Shown here one piece after another: positions 63,017 through 64,000 of a stretch of 64,000 bases of DNA; the first letter of the stretch is position 1; each line of letters starts with the position of its first letter. The notes under the pieces were generated by a model. The model was not told the DNA's origin, did not search any database, and was given only the letters and a program-made list of their open reading frames with translations. The translations under genes were made by a program, and so were the position numbers. The stretch is from a virus, in the IMG/VR virus record IMGVR_UViG_3300025769_012879, positions 77,046 to 141,045 of that record; one strand, written 5' to 3'.

Positions 63017-63958
63017 GTGAATTTAGGTTATGCCTGCATTTCAATGGAACTATCACAACCAGTCAAGGAAGGTCGTAAGATTATTCGTGAGCGAATTACA
63101 ACTAATCGCTCAATGATTAGACGAACTTTCAATGAACGAGGCATTGCTTATGCTTCGCAACTTGCTTTACAGAATTGTTTAGACCTTGAAGAAATCTTAA
63201 AATGGAACGAGTCTAAAGGCATCAAGTTCTTTCGCATGTCCTCAGAGATCTTTCCATGGGCATCAGAGTATCAGTTTGAGGATTTACCTGACTGGAAAGA
63301 GATTAAGAAAAGTTTAGTCCGCACAGGGTTTTATGCTGCTCTCAAAGGGCATCGTCTAACATTTCATCCAGGTCCATTCAATAAACTTACATCTCCAAAA
63401 GAGCATGTAATCCAAAATACAATCAGGGACTTGGAGATCCACGGCAGGATTATGGATGAGATGAATCTATCCAGAACTCCTTACAATAAAATTAACATTC
63501 ATGTCGGGGCACATTATAATAATAAACCGATGGCATTAGATAATTTCTGTAAGAACTTTGAGCGATTGTCAGAAGCAGTCCGCTCTCGTTTGACTGTAGA
63601 GAATGATGATAAGGCATCGCTTTATTCTACTAAAGAACTCTATGAGGGTGTTTATAAAAGGATTGGGATTCCAATCGTCCATGATTTACACCACCATCTA
63701 TTTTGCACTGGCGGTCAGACAAACGAGGAAGCAATCAAACTTGCTGCGAAAACTTGGGGCGGTGTAAAACCTGTTGTCCATTATTCGCAGAGCAGGGCAG
63801 AGGAACATAACGATAAGAAAATCAAAGCGAATGCTCACTCAGATTCTTACTGGACAGCAGTAAAAACTTATGGACAAGATGTAGATGTTATGTTGGAGGC
63901 GAAACATAAAGAGCGAGCATTATTCAAAATGCGAGAATTGCTTGAGACAAAAGGTTGA
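63017..63958 (+). CDS. uvsE: UV damage endonuclease
   Basis: AGGAGG then GTG; LGYACI, FRMSS, FHPG, ENDD, DLHHH, HSD, MLEAKHKE. Confidence 0.92.
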   Translation: MNLGYACISMELSQPVKEGRKIIRERITTNRSMIRRTFNERGIAYASQLALQNCLDLEEILKWNESKGIKFFRMSSEIFPWASEYQFEDLPDWKEIKKSLVRTGFYAALKGHRLTFHPGPFNKLTSPKEHVIQNTIRDLEIHGRIMDEMNLSRTPYNKINIHVGAHYNNKPMALDNFCKNFERLSEAVRSRLTVENDDKASLYSTKELYEGVYKRIGIPIVHDLHHHLFCTGGQTNEEAIKLAAKTWGGVKPVVHYSQSRAEEHNDKKIKANAHSDSYWTAVKTYGQDVDVMLEAKHKERALFKMRELLETKG

Positions 63959-63983
63959 CATTTGCTCCCAGATGGAGTAGAAT
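63955..63983 (+). promoter_or_regulatory. sigma70-type promoter for the next gene
   Basis: TTGACA-N17-TAGAAT. Confidence 0.75.
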
Positions 63984-64000
63984 TGTAACAAATGAAGTTA

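Overview
A 64-kb segment of a large, AT-rich, T4-like (contractile-tailed) dsDNA phage genome. Every credible gene is on the + strand. 1-29 kb is the virion block: terminase, portal, prohead protease, ribosomal protein bS21, scaffold, major capsid, neck, sheath, two tail tubes, a tail chaperone with a probable programmed frameshift, tape measure and baseplate. 29-38 kb is replication: a minimal family-A polymerase, a divergent tubulin/FtsZ, SSB, RecA/UvsX, a 5'-3' nuclease, helicase and class II RNR. 38-64 kb is accessory: lysis genes, HNH, TK, 7 tRNAs (including the rare Ile-UAU), ThyX, SLT, Hc1, dUTPase, GroES/GroEL, DnaE, an IMPDH/GMPR-family enzyme, a free sigma-region-4 protein and UvsE. 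Two promoter classes can be read from the DNA. Near-consensus sigma70 promoters (TTGACA-N16/17-TAnnnT) occur in 29-64 kb. A recurring ACTA(T/A)TTA motif precedes virion genes and five 'late islands' inside the early region. The most striking candidate for a new system is one of these islands (46.7-48.9 kb). It is a three-gene signalling operon: a membrane histidine kinase with an Aer/NifL-like PAS domain, a stand-alone receiver and a 2-TM coiled-coil protein. Other leads are a hairpin plus H-type pseudoknot upstream of the HNH gene, promoter-overlapping hairpins that could act as transcript-origin switches, a family of putative capsid-targeted proteins, and several unannotated small ORFs. All calls come from motif recognition by eye; no searches were run.
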